Below are positions 37,046-50,670 of a stretch of 64,000 nucleotides of DNA, piece by piece. A program made the position numbers and the translations under genes. A model generated the notes under the pieces. That model had not been told where the DNA came from and ran no database searches. It worked only from the letters and a program-made list of their open reading frames with translations. The DNA comes from Octopus sinensis (taxonomy: Eukaryota): NCBI RefSeq assembly GCF_006345805.1, contig NC_043003.1, positions 97,154,001-97,218,000 on the forward strand, read 5' to 3'. Position 1 is the stretch's first letter; every line of letters begins with the position of its first letter.

Positions 37046-38150
37046 AGAGAGAGGGGGAGAGAGAGGAAGGAGGGAGAAGGGAGAAATAGAAACGAAATAC
37101 TGCTAAAACAAGAAACAAAAAACAAAACACTGCTAAAGCGTCAGTAATTTACTATCATATATTACTACTATATATTATATATATATAATTAGGGAGAGTT
37201 TACGAAAAAAACAAAAGACAGGTCGTGTACAAAACAAACAGATGTATTAGTATAACGCTCAGGAATAGAAAAGTCTTTTACGTTTCGAGCCTACACTCTT
37301 CTACAGAAAGGGACACAGAAAAAAACAAGGAGAGAAAAAAATGTGTTTAGTGGCTAACAATCTATCATGGCGACTGATATATATAATATGTTCGCAGACA
37401 GGAAAATCAGAAACAGCTGTATGTGAAAATTTCAACGCATCAAATATATGTGTATGCTTTTGTGTGTGTGTGTCTGTGTGTGTGGAAAGACAGATAGATA
37501 GATAATTAGATAGATAGATAAATAGATATATTAATATATATAAAGAGAGAGGGAGAGAGAGAGAGAGGAGGGGGAGAAGGGAGAAATAGAAACGAAATAC
37601 TGCTAAAACAAAACAAAAACAAAACACTGCTAAAGCGTCAGTATTTACTATCATATATTACTACTATATATTATATATATATCATTAGGGAGAGTTTACG
37701 AAAAAAACAAAAGACAGGTCGTGTACAAAACAAACAGATGTATTAGTATAACGCTCAGGAATAGAAAAGTCTTTTACGTTTCGAGCCTACACTCTTCTAC
37801 GACAGAAGGGACACAGAAAAAAACAAGGAGAGAAAAAAATGTGTTTAGTGGCTAACAATCTATCATGGCGACTGATATATATAATATGTTCGCAGACAGA
37901 AAATCAGAAACAGCTGTATGTGAAAATTTCAACGCATCAAATATATGTGTATGCTTTTGTGTGTGTGTGTCTGTGTGTGTGGAAAGACAGATAGATAATA
38001 ATTAGATAGATAGATAAATAGATATATTAATTATATAAAGAGAGAGGGAGAGAGAGAGAGAGGAGGGGGAGAAGGGAGAAATAGAAACGAAATACTGCTA
38101 AAACAAGAAACAAAAAACAAAACACTGCTAAAGCGTCAGTAATTTACTAT
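37045..38150. repeat. Tandem repeat, ~2.2 x 495-500 bp, each full unit containing a Penelope-like pLTR remnant
   Basis: gagaaatagaaacgaaatactgctaaaaca at 37081, 37581 and 38076. Confidence 0.9.
37275..37310 (-). ncRNA. Minimal type I hammerhead-like motif, variant core (same family as 10912)
   Basis: CUUU-CUGUAGA-A-GAGU(GUAG)GCUC-GAAAC-GUA-AAAG. The second copy at 37771-37810 has a disrupted core. Confidence 0.5.
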
Positions 38151-38399
38151 ACTGTATATTCGGAGTATTGTTACGTCAAAATACACTCATGTACTTGCTG
38201 ACAGGAAAAGTGTGAAACATATGTACTTGCATATTTGAAACCTACTTGGAGCTATGGAAGAGATTGTGCATCTTCCTTGACAATCCAAGCAGCCATTGTT
38301 CATAAACCTACTGGTATTAGTGACTAAAGTACACTGGATGCACCAATCTACATGTTTAAGACTTGTTTGGCAGCTATTTTTGGATATTAAATTACTACC

Positions 38400-38812
38400 C
38401 AAAAGACGATGACAGTGCATGGTTCCCTTTACCCTAAGGCGATCGTACAGTGGCTGTACATTAAGAGGTGCAACGGTGGACGTAGTCTAATTAGTATACG
38501 GAAGTGCATCGACAGTGATAGAAGAAATATGACAGAGTATTTGGTAAACAGCGAACAAGACCTCTTATAGTATGCTACCAGGCGGAAGGATTTATTAACA
38601 GTGGAGTTGAGAGTGCTAATGAATTCCGATCATGAATAGCCAACGAGAAAGAAGACACTCGTCCGCATGGAATTACACGTTCAGTTTCACTGTGAAAACT
38701 AAGAACTTAAAGGACCAGGAAGCAGCATAGAGGTGGCTCAACCAGAGTGGTCTTAAAAAAAAAATGAAAGACTAATCATCGCTGCCCAGGACCAGGCATT
38801 GAATACCAACTC
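38400..38812 (+). mobile_element. R4/Dong-like LINE fragment (post-RT region)
   Basis: KTMTVHGSLYPKA.VQWLYIKRCNGGRSLISI; WLNQSGLK; IIAAQDQALNTN. Confidence 0.85.
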
Positions 38813-38866
38813 AGTTGAAAATTATACGATATATACCACACAAGTGCAACGAACCTCAGCAACAGC

Positions 38867-38975
38867 AAGAAGAAGAAGAAGAAGAAGAAGAAGAAGAAGA
38901 AGAAGAAAAGAAGAAGAAGAAGAAGAAGAAGAAGAAGAAGAAGAAGAAGAAGAAGAAGAAGAAGAAGAAGAAGAA

Positions 38976-39006
<31 letters not shown>

Positions 39007-39046
39007 AAGAAGAAGAAGAAGAAGAAGAAGAAGAAGAAGAAGAATT
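38867..39046. repeat. (GAA)n microsatellite
   Basis: About 60 units. Confidence 0.95.
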
Positions 39047-39696
39047 TCTGATGAATACATTAAGCTCCGATCCCAAATATTTGATATGCAGCCATTGTAA
39101 ACATTGCAGAAATTATTTTCGTTGTTTATTTGCTTTGGTAAAACATTTTCACGATGAGAGCCCCCCATACTTTAGATTTTACAATAACCAAATTGTACCT
39201 CAGTTTTCTCTAAATCTCGTACTTTCACAATGTTCCAGACAGTGTTAATCTCTGTGTTATGTAAGGAAAACAAAAACGAAATGGTGCGTGGGTATTCTTT
39301 TGCGATATCGTTTTACTTATAATGACTTCTAATAGATGTTTTGAAAACACAAGTTGACCTCTATCACTCAGGGAGAACGTAATCTTCTTTGACATTTAAC
39401 AATTTATTATAACATTGTGGTTTTGTTGTTGTTTGTTGTTTCCTCTTTAGTTTTATGCTAACGAAACAATTTTTGACTTCAACAATGCCATATAACCTAA
39501 GTAAACTATACTACTGTATCATTTGTGATTGCGTACTTTTAAACTTTAATGCATGACCTTAAAATATAAACGGTTACAGTTTAACTGTGTTGTATGGTCT
39601 TTACTTCAATATTCTTTCCCGAAAATTCATCTCTTATATAGAGGTGAAGTCCTAGCGAGTCGATTCTTTTAAATTGCTTCCATTATTGGTTTTGAG

Positions 39697-39905
39697 TAAG
39701 GCAGTGAGCTGGCACAATCGTCAGCGCACCGGAAAAAATGCCCAGCAACATTTCATCCTTCTTTACAGTCTGCGTTTAAATTTTGAAGTGGTTGCCTTCA
39801 CCTTTCATACTTTGGGAGTCGATAAAATAAGTACCAGTTGAGCACTTAAAATCGACTTATCTCCATCTCCGAAATTGCTAGCCTTGTGCCAAAATTTGAA
39901 GCTAA
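39697..39905 (+). mobile_element. SINE family B, degenerate
   Basis: aaggcagtgagctggcacaatcg...ggagtcgataaaataagtaccagttgagcac. Confidence 0.8.
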
Positions 39906-40445
39906 TATTACTTACAAGTTGAAGAAATTGAAATTCTCGGACAGGAGAAAGCTGTCATCAAAGACAACGACGACGGAGACTGCCATGATTATATTATTAT
40001 CTTACATTATATCATATTATATTGTATTATATTATGTTATATCATGTTATATTATATTATGTTATGTTAAATTATAAGACTTAGGTTTCGGCTACTACTG
40101 GCTCAGGTCATGTCAAGCTTAAGAGCACCACCAAGAAATGTATTTTAAGCTATGGTTAATGACGCCATAGCCCACTCGAATAAGGTATCCGGGTGCCGGT
40201 AGTATGTCTGGTATTTTTTGCAGGAAATTTTACAGTGTTTTTATCTTCTTTGATTTCTTTCAGGGTAATACTTAATAATACAGAACTAGTAAAGACGAGC
40301 ACGAACGCGTGTGTACTGTGTCGTATTATGTTTTTTTGTTTACGAGTCTGTATGCCAGTGCGTATGTATATGCGTATGTGTGTGTATGTCCACAGAGTTC
40401 ATAACGTTGGTATTATTTAGCCAGCTACCTAATTTGTCTTCCTTG

Positions 40446-40479
<34 letters not shown>

Positions 40480-41221
40480 TCTTTTTTTTTGTATTTTTTA
40501 GAGTTTCATCCCTTACCTCTCTATCAATATACATCACGTATGTCAATTCGCTATCGTTCCTTGATTGATTCTTCATATCTATCGATCGATCGATCGGTTG
40601 ATCGATTAATTCGTACCATCCTTTTGCTTATGCAATGAATGTTTGCTTTTCTTCTCGACATGAAAAGTCGCAATTATAGATTTAATTTGCCAAATGACAA
40701 TAAAACATCTTCAAGTGTCAAATTTATCAAGCTGCTTTTTTTTCTTCTATTTTTGTTCATTGATATTGCTATTACGAATTTACTGATTATGTCCTCCATT
40801 ATATTCATATTACACCTTTCATTTTTCACATTTTACAGGCACTCACGAATACACACATATTTAAAAACATATCTGTTAACACTAACAAACTTGCATCCAC
40901 GCCGATATAGTTTCTTTTATTTTGGGGACGTTTTTGTTGCTTATTTTATTAATCTATATTCGTTCGATTTTTTGCTTTATTTTCATTCTTGTCAAGTGGT
41001 CTATTGACTGAATTGGTAGTGCCAGTATTTAATTATATCAGTCAGAGTTCAAACCCCTTCCTATGTTGGCTTTACTTTCCAGCCTTCCGAGCCCCTCAGT
41101 TAAATATCTATTGATTCGACCGACTACGTTATTCTTATATAAACGTGTAAGTACCAGTTCTGTACTGGGCTTATGCAACCGAAAGTCAAGATTTTAGGTT
41201 TTCTGCCTTTAATAGGAAGGA

Positions 41222-41324
41222 TTCTTCTTCTTCTTCTTCTTCTTCTTCTTTTTCTTCTTCTCCTCTTCTTCTTCTTCTTCCTCTTCTCCTCTTCTTCTCT
41301 TCTTCTTCTTCTTCCTCTTCTTCC

Positions 41325-41365
<41 letters not shown>

Positions 41366-41457
41366 TCTTCTTCTTCTTCTTATTATTATATTATTATTAT
41401 TATTATATTATTATTATTATTATTATTATATTATTATTATTATTATTATTATTATTT
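41222..41457. repeat. (CTT)n-(TTA)n compound microsatellite following a degenerate SINE B (41010-41222)
   Basis: Seen directly. Confidence 0.9.
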
Positions 41458-41659
41458 CGTTTTGGGATTTGGTTTGCAAGATTCTTTATATGAGTACGTG
41501 TGTTGAATCATATTCTGTTGTCTGGGGAGTCATTTTCTTTTTTGCCTTAACACACTCACCGGTAAAATTTCCACTTATTTCTTATTTTTATTTTCCTAAC
41601 ATTATCGTTGCGTCTTGCAACCTTTTCAATAGTCTTGACTCTCTCCGTTATCTACACTG

Positions 41660-42905
41660 CGTTCCTTTTTCTTTGTTTGTGCGCTCGGTCCGACAAGGTT
41701 GTCCCCTCTCGTCTCTCTTGTGCGTACTGACTCTCGCGCCACTACTACACAAATTGGAGGCGTTGAGAGGCATCATGCATGACCTAGAATGTAAGAGATG
41801 CGTGTCGGCATATGCCGACGACGTCACCGTAGTAGTGTCGGATCATAATCACATAGAATGATCGCTACCGCTCTCAAGGACTACGAGGCGGTTTCAGGAG
41901 CGACAATTAACCAGAAAAATCAGTGGGCTTGCGGCTCGGCACCTGGAGAAACTAGTCCATGCCGTCCAACTGCGTCGTTGGGCGCTGGACGGGCCGACCG
42001 GTTAAATTGCTCGGGGTCTCGCGTATATTGCGTTCGTCATCTACTATCGCTTAATTGTCGTGCCTTGTACTGGTTTCTGTCTGATTACACTGGAGCGTAT
42101 ATTCCTCCGCTTCTTGTGGAAGTACGCGTCCCAATGGTCAGGCGATCTATCTGCTGTCAGCACCCACTGCGTGGTGCCCTGGCATGCCGTGGTTGATGAT
42201 GCGCAGACATGCATTGAGGTTACGACTTCTCCAGACACGTATTTCCGCAGCTAGTTTCTTTAACGGAGCTGCAGTCCTGGGTAAAATAGAAACCGAGGGG
42301 AAACATTTGGAAAGTGGAATGGCTCCAAGCGCTCACAGCCCTCAACCAGTTGGACAGTGCGATAGGTGCAACGTCCACTTCAGCCTTTTATAGAGACTTT
42401 TTGTAGGAAAAGTGCGACAACGTTCTTGGGGAGACTTTGAGCGTCGAAGAAGAGCTAGTTGCTCTTTACCGGAGAACTTTCAGCCGGAACCGATGGATAA
42501 CTTCCGAAAATCTCTGGTCCGACAGTGCTACAGGGAAGCTGTGCCTGTTCGATATAAACTATACAAGCACGGAAGTGCCGTCAGCCGAGCATGTCCGAGA
42601 TGCGCGCAGGATGACGAGACGGTCCTGCATGCCCTCGTCCAGTATCCGAGCATTGCTGACCTGTGGGTTTATGTCGAACACCTGCTGTCGCGTGTGGGAT
42701 GGATCCGGCTGTCAACTGAATCCATCGTGAAGATCACCCCGCCGCCATCCTTTAACCGGGAAGGAAAGGCTGTTTTTATATGCCTGGTGGCCATGGCGAA
42801 AGAGGTTATATGATGGACGAGATTGAATGGGCTGAAGACAAACACTTCCTTTGGCCAGTCCCTGATGAACTTATTTTTCATTTCAAGAAAACTGGTTGTT
42901 TTCTT
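41660..42905 (+). mobile_element. L1/Tx1-like LINE 3' fragment (RT domains 4-5 plus zf-RVT-like region), internally deleted
   Basis: RSVRQGCPLS, SAYADDVT, EAVSGATIN, ACPRCAQDDETVLHAL. Confidence 0.9.
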
Positions 42906-42917
42906 CCATTATTATTA

Positions 42918-42979
<62 letters not shown>

Positions 42980-42983
42980 GTTA

Positions 42984-43042
<59 letters not shown>

Positions 43043-43044
<2 letters not shown>

Positions 43045-44420
43045 GCTAGTGCATGCTTATTTAGTTAGCAGGTATTTTATCTTAGGTTTGGTTATAAGTC
43101 TCCTCAAAAAAAATCATTCTTATGGGAGAGTACTTTTCTGCAAGTCGACAATACGATTTTCAATTCCAATCTCTTTCAGTCTTTTAGGTAGCATTTTGGA
43201 TATCATGCTAAATGCACCAATTACAACAGAAATAATTGTTCTCTTAGTCCTCCACAGTCTCCTCACCTCTCTAGCTAGATCCTGATATTGCTTGATGTTC
43301 TTCAACTTCTGTGCTATCGATTCTGCTATCATTGGGAATTGCAAAATCTATGATCTTACACTGTTTGTTTATTTTCTTCTGTATAATCATATATGGCCTT
43401 CTTGCTTCAGTAGAGTTTTGTCCATCTTTACCGTTATCAGATTTGTTCTAATGGCTTGTTGCTGAGCAGCTATAATCAGTATTTCGGTTTCTCGTCTCAA
43501 GTTCTCGTCCGTTAATCAGAGCCAGAGTTCTTTACTTCCAACATTCTCGGTTTGTTGCATGAATTGTTCAATGTAGTTCCATTTCTATCCATTTGTTTGT
43601 TCTGTTGTTCTTCCTTTCCTCTTTGAATTCTACTAAATATTTCGATTACATTTTGGATATCTTTGACTGCCGATAGAATTCCTTCTTTACTCTACTCATC
43701 ATAATTTTTCAAATCCAGTATCGCAGTATTAACAGTGTCTACTGCGTTTACAAACCTTCTACCACCTTCTTTTCTTGATAGATAGAGTCGGTTGGTGTCA
43801 CTCTTAGGACAACGGGCGTTGTGCAATGTAAGCAGCTTTCTACTAGTTCATATATCCAAGTTCTGTATCTTGACCTTTGTTCATTTCAGAATGAAAGCAG
43901 GGTATCTCTATACATGCATAATCTTTGTATTTATGGCTTTAACGATGTTCCCTCCATTTAATATTGTTTCGATCACCTTCCTAACTCTCTTCTTATACTC
44001 CTCATTTGTCCTTTCGTTTTCCTACCATCCTGTTTCCCTTGATTCCCTCCTTCCTCAATTCTACTCCTCTGACAATAGATTCTCCTTTTCCACAAAATTA
44101 TATACTTCATCTGCTATGAGACTAGTAAAGAGTTTCCAAAATATTGGTAAATAAGTAAAAGGTTAATAATTTCTAACTTATTTTCTCTTTTTCTTATCCC
44201 TCTGTATTAAGCTCTTCTCTTTCTTTTGTCTTCCATATCGGTGTCCCATTTTCTATGCAGTCATTAAAAAGCGCGTATATATAACCGTGTATACACGGGA
44301 GGGTTTTGAGCCAGAAACCCTGGATACCATCTAGTCCGGAGGCTTTCCAGCTTAATATTTTCATCTTTTTAATTTTCTTATCTGTGGTTGCTATATTTTT
44401 TTCTTGCCACTCCATTTTAC
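43043..44420 (-). mobile_element. R4/Dong-like LINE, internally deleted, 3' end in (TAA)n
   Basis: WKASGLDGIQGFWLK; PKSDTNRLYLSRKEGGR; ILIIAAQQQAIRT; QYQDLAREVRRLW..VVIGA. Confidence 0.9.
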
Positions 44421-44845
44421 ATTACTCTTTTAAAAATGCCGAAACCAGTCTGATTTTATATAATGTTAGACTTATTGTTATTGTTGCTGTTATTGTTGTT
44501 GTTGCTGATGTTATTTTTATTATATGTTTGGCTTTTGCTTTGTGTTTGTACAAGTTGACTCCAAGTTTCACCCAGAGGCCTCAAGAGACAATAAGATAGA
44601 AGTTCAAGCTGCTATTATGACTAGGGTGTCATATATTTGATTTTGCACAGAGAATGTTCCAGAGAATGTCTGTTAAAACATAAGTAAATTAAGTTTGTTT
44701 TAAAATTAATGTGATTAAAAGACGATAGTGTGATGTTAAGATGTCAGAAAAAGGTGTTTGCTATTACGTACGTTTAAAAGTATTTTAACAACGAGATTAA
44801 AGTGTTTTGGGGATTACATAGACAACATTTTACGTAGGATATGAT

Positions 44846-45012
44846 CAGGAGTGGCTGTGTGGTAAGTAGCTTGCTAACCAACCACATGGTTCCGGGTTCA
44901 GTCTCACTGCGTGGTATCTTGGGCAAGTGTCTTCTGCTAGAGCCCCGGGCCGACCAATGCCTTGTGAGTGGATTTGGTAGACGGAAACTGAAAGAAGCCT
45001 GTCGTATATATG

Positions 45013-45043
<31 letters not shown>

Positions 45044-45278
45044 TTGTGTGTTTGTGTGTCTGTGTTTGTCCCCCTAGCATTGCTTGACAACCTATGCTGG
45101 TGTGTTTACGTCCCCGTCACTTAACGGTTCGGCAAAAGAGACCGATAGAATAAGTACTGGGCTTACAAAGAATTAGTCCCGGGGGGGATTTTCTCGACTA
45201 AAGGCGGTGCTCCAGCATGGCCGCAGTCAAATGACTGAAACAAGTAAAAGAGAGAAAAGAGAGAAAAGAGAGAAAAGA
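44846..45278 (+). mobile_element. SINE family A, full length, with a 9-bp tandem tail
   Basis: Complete head and body, tail (aaaagagag)n. Confidence 0.95.
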
Positions 45279-45395
45279 GTTCCCATGAGCACTATTTTTT
45301 AATTTCTTCCATTTTGGGATTTCCTGGTACCTGAGATAAGTAGCAATCAGCCCCCTTTTGCTATCATTCCTAGGGCACCTATGACAACAGGCATT

Positions 45396-45416
45396 GTTTT
45401 TATTATATTATTATTA

Positions 45417-45459
<43 letters not shown>

Positions 45460-45517
45460 TTATTATTATCATCATTATTATTATTATTATTATTATTATC
45501 ATTATTTATCATTATTA

Positions 45518-45548
<31 letters not shown>

Positions 45549-45559
45549 TTTATTTATTA

Positions 45560-45591
<32 letters not shown>

Positions 45592-45651
45592 TTATTATTA
45601 TTATCATTATTATTATTATTATTATTTTATCATTATTATTATTTTTTTTTA

Positions 45652-45740
<89 letters not shown>

Positions 45741-45775
45741 CATTATTATTATTATCATTATCACTATTATTATTC
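45396..45775. repeat. Long imperfect (TTA)n microsatellite
   Basis: Seen directly. Confidence 0.95.
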
Positions 45776-46140
45776 AGTAATCTTATCTTTATAGCGTGCT
45801 TTCACTGCACTACCGAGGACAGCTTTCTGTGCCTTGGATATGTGCTGTGATTTGTTGTGATGCTGCATTGAAAGTGTTTTACGTAGGATGTGTGCAGTGC
45901 CTAGTAGTTCTATTTTATGTATGTTATATATACCTGTTAGTCCTGGTATTTTTGCTATATATTTGTCTGAATATTTTTTTATCGTACCTAATGCGCCTCC
46001 TATAAAAATTGTCTCTGTTTTTAGACTCTACATTCGTGTTACCTCTATTTCCAGATCTTTGTATTTTGAGAGTTTCTCCGTTTCTTTTAGAGAAACATTG
46101 TCATCTGTTGGTATTGATACATCGATTATAAAGCATTTTT
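45775..46140 (-). mobile_element. R4/Dong-like LINE 3' end (same family as 16590)
   Basis: IDVSIPTDDNVSLKETEKLSKYKDLEIEV..GALGTIKK..LLGTAHILRKTL, flanked by (TAA)n on the sense strand. Confidence 0.9.
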
Positions 46141-46209
46141 GATACATCGATTAGAAAGCATTTTAATACATCGATTAGAAAGCATTTTGATACATCGGTT
46201 AGAAAGCAT
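46116..46209. repeat. Minisatellite, 4 x 24 bp, at the LINE 5' truncation point
   Basis: gatacatcgattagaaagcatttt units start at 46116, 46141, 46165 and 46189. Confidence 0.9.
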
Positions 46210-46222
46210 ATTATTATTATTA

Positions 46223-46265
<43 letters not shown>

Positions 46266-46267
<2 letters not shown>

Positions 46268-46490
46268 GGTGGCGAAGTGGCAGAATTGTTAGCACGCCGG
46301 GCAAAATGCTCAGCAGTATTTTGTCGCCTTTACGTTCTGAGCTCAAATTCCATCGAGGCCGACTTTGCCTTTCATCCTCTCGGAGTTGACAAAATAAAGT
46401 ACCAGTTGAGCACTGGGATCGACGTAATCGAATAGCCCTCTCCCTAAAATTTCAGGCCTTGTGCTTATTGTAGAAAGGTTTATTATTATT
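46266..46490 (+). mobile_element. SINE family B inside (TTA)n
   Basis: Full body with (ATT)n tail. Confidence 0.9.
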
Positions 46491-46493
46491 ATT

Positions 46494-47027
46494 GAGTGAG
46501 AGAGCAGTGCATGCCATCAAAGTGACACTGGGGTAAAATATACGAAGTATATCCATTATGACTACCCGTCTAATAAGGGTACACTATGCACATGCATCAC
46601 AACCATATGTGTGCGACATGGTGATCTCATATCAAGATAAACAGCACATGACCTTGCAGGTGGGGCCCAGTTAGAATTTTCTTCTGGTCGAGTAGCCCAT
46701 CCCGCTCAAAAGGTCCCTGAATAAGGATTGTTTAAGTATGTTGAACGAACCACCCATGTTTCCAAAGGCGAATTATCCAAACCTCCAAGAATTCCTTTCA
46801 ACACACGGCTATGATGCTCCCCCACAACTTCTGCTCATGATCAGAGATGCACGTCAGCCACTAAGGGACATGGTCAACTGGTTAAGGTCAAACAACTGAC
46901 AAGCAAATCTATGATATTGAGCATAATATTTGCTGTAGCCCATCTTTTATACCAAGACAAAAAAATGTACATGATAACACTTCCAATCAGTTAAGATCAG
47001 AAGCCATGAGAGCCACTGTCTGGTACT
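46494..47027 (-). mobile_element. ~535-bp non-coding interspersed element inserted in (TAA)n, copy 1
   Basis: Highly similar to 51891-52425. The left ends are identical and the right ends differ, suggesting a retroposon with minus-strand sense. Confidence 0.75.
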
Positions 47028-47292
47028 ATTATTATTATTATTATTATTATTATAATTATTATTATCTTCTATCAATTTTGTTTTTATTTCTTGCCAAGTA
47101 TCTTACCAACACTCAGGGCAATGATGCTCACTGCATACATTGGTATAAACACACGAGATTGTTCATTTACACACTCGTGATACAAAAAAATGGAAGAAAA
47201 CAGAGGAAAGAAGGAAAAAAGAAAAAGAAGAAAGGAAAACAAAGAAAAAAGGGGTAAAGAAAGGAAAACTCACAGCAACAATGCTTTTCTCG

Positions 47293-47500
47293 GGAGCTGG
47301 CAGAATCATTACTACACCGGAAAAAATGTTTAGCAGGATTTACGTTCTGAGTTCAAATTCCACCATGGCCAACTTTGCCTTTGTTTATTTCGGGGTCGAT
47401 GAAATAACTACTAGTTGATCTCAGGGATTAATATAATCGCCTAGCTCTCTCTCTCCCAAAATTTCAAGCCTTGTGCATAGACTCGAAAGGATTATTGTTA
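47293..47500 (+). mobile_element. SINE family B, degenerate
   Basis: gagctggcagaatc..gttctgagttcaaattcc..aaaggattatt. Confidence 0.8.
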
Positions 47501-47599
47501 TTACTGTTGTTGTTGTTGTTGTTTCACCAAATTAGTGTTTTGTCCGGTTTAATATGTTTCCCGTTGAACCATAACTCGTGGTTGTATTTTCCGTATAAA

Positions 47600-49490
47600 A
47601 GTTATTTTTAGGTGTTCGTACATTGTAAGGAAGACTTTTCGAAAAGTTCTTGATGAAACTAATAAACATATTTCTACATTGTAACTATTCTCAGATTGAG
47701 ATCAAGTTTTTCAAGGTTGTTTTTTTTTTTTTTGTCACTGTTACCAAGATCCCGGTTTATTATTACTGGGACCTTAAAGCTGCTTTCTTCAAGCATTTGA
47801 ACATTTCATAGTTCAAACGATGTGATTCTCTTTTTCTTTTCGTTTTACTTTTTTATCAAATGGATTACGATAGTTTTTTTCTTGCCGGCGACTACAGTAT
47901 CGCTTGTTATTGACGACTACAATTCCCCATTTCTTCGACATGCATTAACCCTCTTCCTCCAGCTGTTTTCTAGTATGACTTGTCTTCGTTCAGTTTAGAA
48001 TTTAGAACCTTCTCCATTCTGTGAAAATATACTTTACTGGAGGCTTCCTTCATTTTTACAAGCTTGATCTTTTTTCTCTTGCTTTCTAATATTTCTAGAT
48101 ATTTATGTTTCTGCAACTAATGATTCTATATTTTCATCATTAGGTAAATCTATTCCAGCACTTTCTTTGAGTTTCCTTCGTTTCATCTTTATTATTGCAC
48201 ATTTTCCGAATCCAAACATTATCCCAATTCTTTCACAAAATATTCTTATAGTCTACACTAAGGAGACCAGTTACTTCGTATTTTTGCAAAAAACTTTAAA
48301 ATCAGGTATAAATAGGCGACAATTCACTGTTCACCAATTCTTTCTCCATGAGTATCCTTAATTTTATTTAGTATTATCAGCAAAGAGATCGGTACGATTA
48401 CAAACAGAATGGAAGAGAAGCTATCTCATTGAATAATTCCTCTTCTGATCTGGTCGTCTTTTCCCTCTGATTCATGGTCTTGATGAGTTCAAGGCATCAC
48501 TTGATCCACGAGTTTGGGACTAGGTTGTACGCTTTTCTCTAACTGATCCACATGATGCAAAAAATGTTCAGTCTCTTTCTGCAGTATCTCAAGACGATGT
48601 TGGTAATCATTCAAGGATTTTTCTTTGCCAGCCTTTCTGCTTATCAGGCATTAAATGTTTCTCATATAGGAGTTGGTATTACTCTTCCACAATGAACACT
48701 GTTAAAAGGTTTCACATAATTGAAAGACACGTAATTAGTCGTTAAATTGGGGCAGATTTCCTTTCAATTAGTCTTTCAGTATTAGGCAGTTTCTTCTTTT
48801 TGTAACCTCATGATACTTACCCCTTACTTATGCACTCACGTAACTGTATTACTATGGTTTTATGGAGAATCCAATATAATCATGGATTAGGTCTAGTCCA
48901 GTTCCTTTCCTCTTCTCTACCTTTTTCAATCGCTTTCGAACATTTGCTTCCGATAATGACATATTTCTGCACCTCAACACTTTCAGTTTAATTTTCTACT
49001 TGCTTTATCCATGAGCGTTAATGTTCTGTTCCGCATTTTCCCCTAAATTTCTCCTCAATACAGCTGGCTTTCTCCAGCATTTGATCTTCCGTTTTAGCTC
49101 CTCTTTTCCTCCAAGAATATCAAACAAGTGTTTGTGGTCTGATTAAAAAATAGGCGATTTTGTTTATATTGACAGTTCCTTCATATTTTCTAATTATGGC
49201 AGGTTTTACCTTTACTTTCTGTGTTAGTTCCATCGTTGTCCCAATTCCAGTTTTGTTACGCTTTTTCTCTAATCTCCATTTTTCTTCCTTCTTTAATTTA
49301 TTATGCTTCAACTGATCCAGTTTACTTATATCTCTTATAAGATTGTTAATCTTCCTTAGTATCCGCTTTTTTCACCAGGGTACCAGCTGGTCTTTCTTTT
49401 TTCTTTTATGTTCTGATTTTTCTCTTTTTCCTCAACAATTCTGAAACTACATTAGCTAATATCAGTACGCTTGTAACTTTAATGTTTCAC
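47600..49490 (-). mobile_element. Highly degenerate R4/Dong-like LINE (RT region)
   Basis: RLITCLS.M.NLLT..EE.YQLL..LMPDKQKG; DLPNDENIESL; RESHRLNYEMF. Many stops and frameshifts. Confidence 0.65.
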
Positions 49491-49537
49491 AGGTAATCTT
49501 ATTAATCACATCATTTACTTTTTGCAGGGATTTTCTC

Positions 49538-49601
<64 letters not shown>

Positions 49602-49758
49602 GGCAATCTTGTTTTTATCACTACAAAGGAGAGCATATCTTTATGACATGATTACATGTCATAAAGATGTTTTTTTCTTTTTTTCTTTTTTCGTTTTTTT
49701 TTCTTTTTTGCTTCTCTTATATTTTTGCATGTAAATAACTCTAAATAATTTTCTTGCA

Positions 49759-49796
<38 letters not shown>

Positions 49797-49849
49797 GTTT
49801 GCTTGCGTATCGTGTGTATGTGTGCGTGTGCACGCGCCGCACATTTGTC

Positions 49850-50050
49850 TATATGTATGTTCTAATGTTTGGGTTAAGAATCTGTTTGCATCTTTGTTAA
49901 TCATTCCCAAGGCATCTATTATCATGGCAATTGTTCTTTCTTCCATCTTCACTGGTTATTTACATCTCCCGATCATTTATATTTGGACAGTTTCATCATT
50001 TCTTTCGGAAGATATATTGTCACACATTTTCCATTCCTCATAACTCTTAA
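49850..50050 (-). mobile_element. RLE-type LINE 3' fragment
   Basis: RTIAMIIDALGMINKDANRFL resembles the RLE C-terminus of the other copies. Confidence 0.6.
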
Positions 50051-50226
50051 ACATTATACCACTGCAGACCAAAGATTCGGGCTTACATTATTTCTTTCTT
50101 CTTCTTTTTTTTTCTGTTCGTATATCAAACGAAAAGTTTTACGACCGAAGTATTTTCATTAAATTTATATTTAAATAATTAAATGGATGCATTATTAGGC
50201 ACGCTATTGTTTCTTCTAGTTTTTAC

Positions 50227-50302
50227 TGCACACATACACACACACACAGACGCACGCGCGCACACACGAACACACACACATACACATATATACATGTATA
50301 CC

Positions 50303-50344
<42 letters not shown>

Positions 50345-50414
50345 CATGCATGTATGTAAGTACTGATATACATGAGTTTATATATATATATATATGTATG
50401 TATGTATATGTATA

Positions 50415-50513
<99 letters not shown>

Positions 50514-50588
50514 CATATATATGTATATGTATATATATATATATGTATATGTATATATATATGTGTATGTATATATATATATATATGT

Positions 50589-50625
<37 letters not shown>

Positions 50626-50670
50626 GTGTGTGTGTGGTGTGTGTGTGTGTGTGTGTATATAATACACATA
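50227..50670. repeat. Long compound (CA)/(TA)/(TG) microsatellite
   Basis: Seen directly. Confidence 0.95.

Noticed and set aside
40575-40610. (GATC)n run
   Set aside because: Short and degraded; probably derived from a (GATA)n-type microsatellite.
46116-46209. CRISPR-like array
   Set aside because: The units are contiguous with no spacers, derive from LINE sequence, and the context is eukaryotic.
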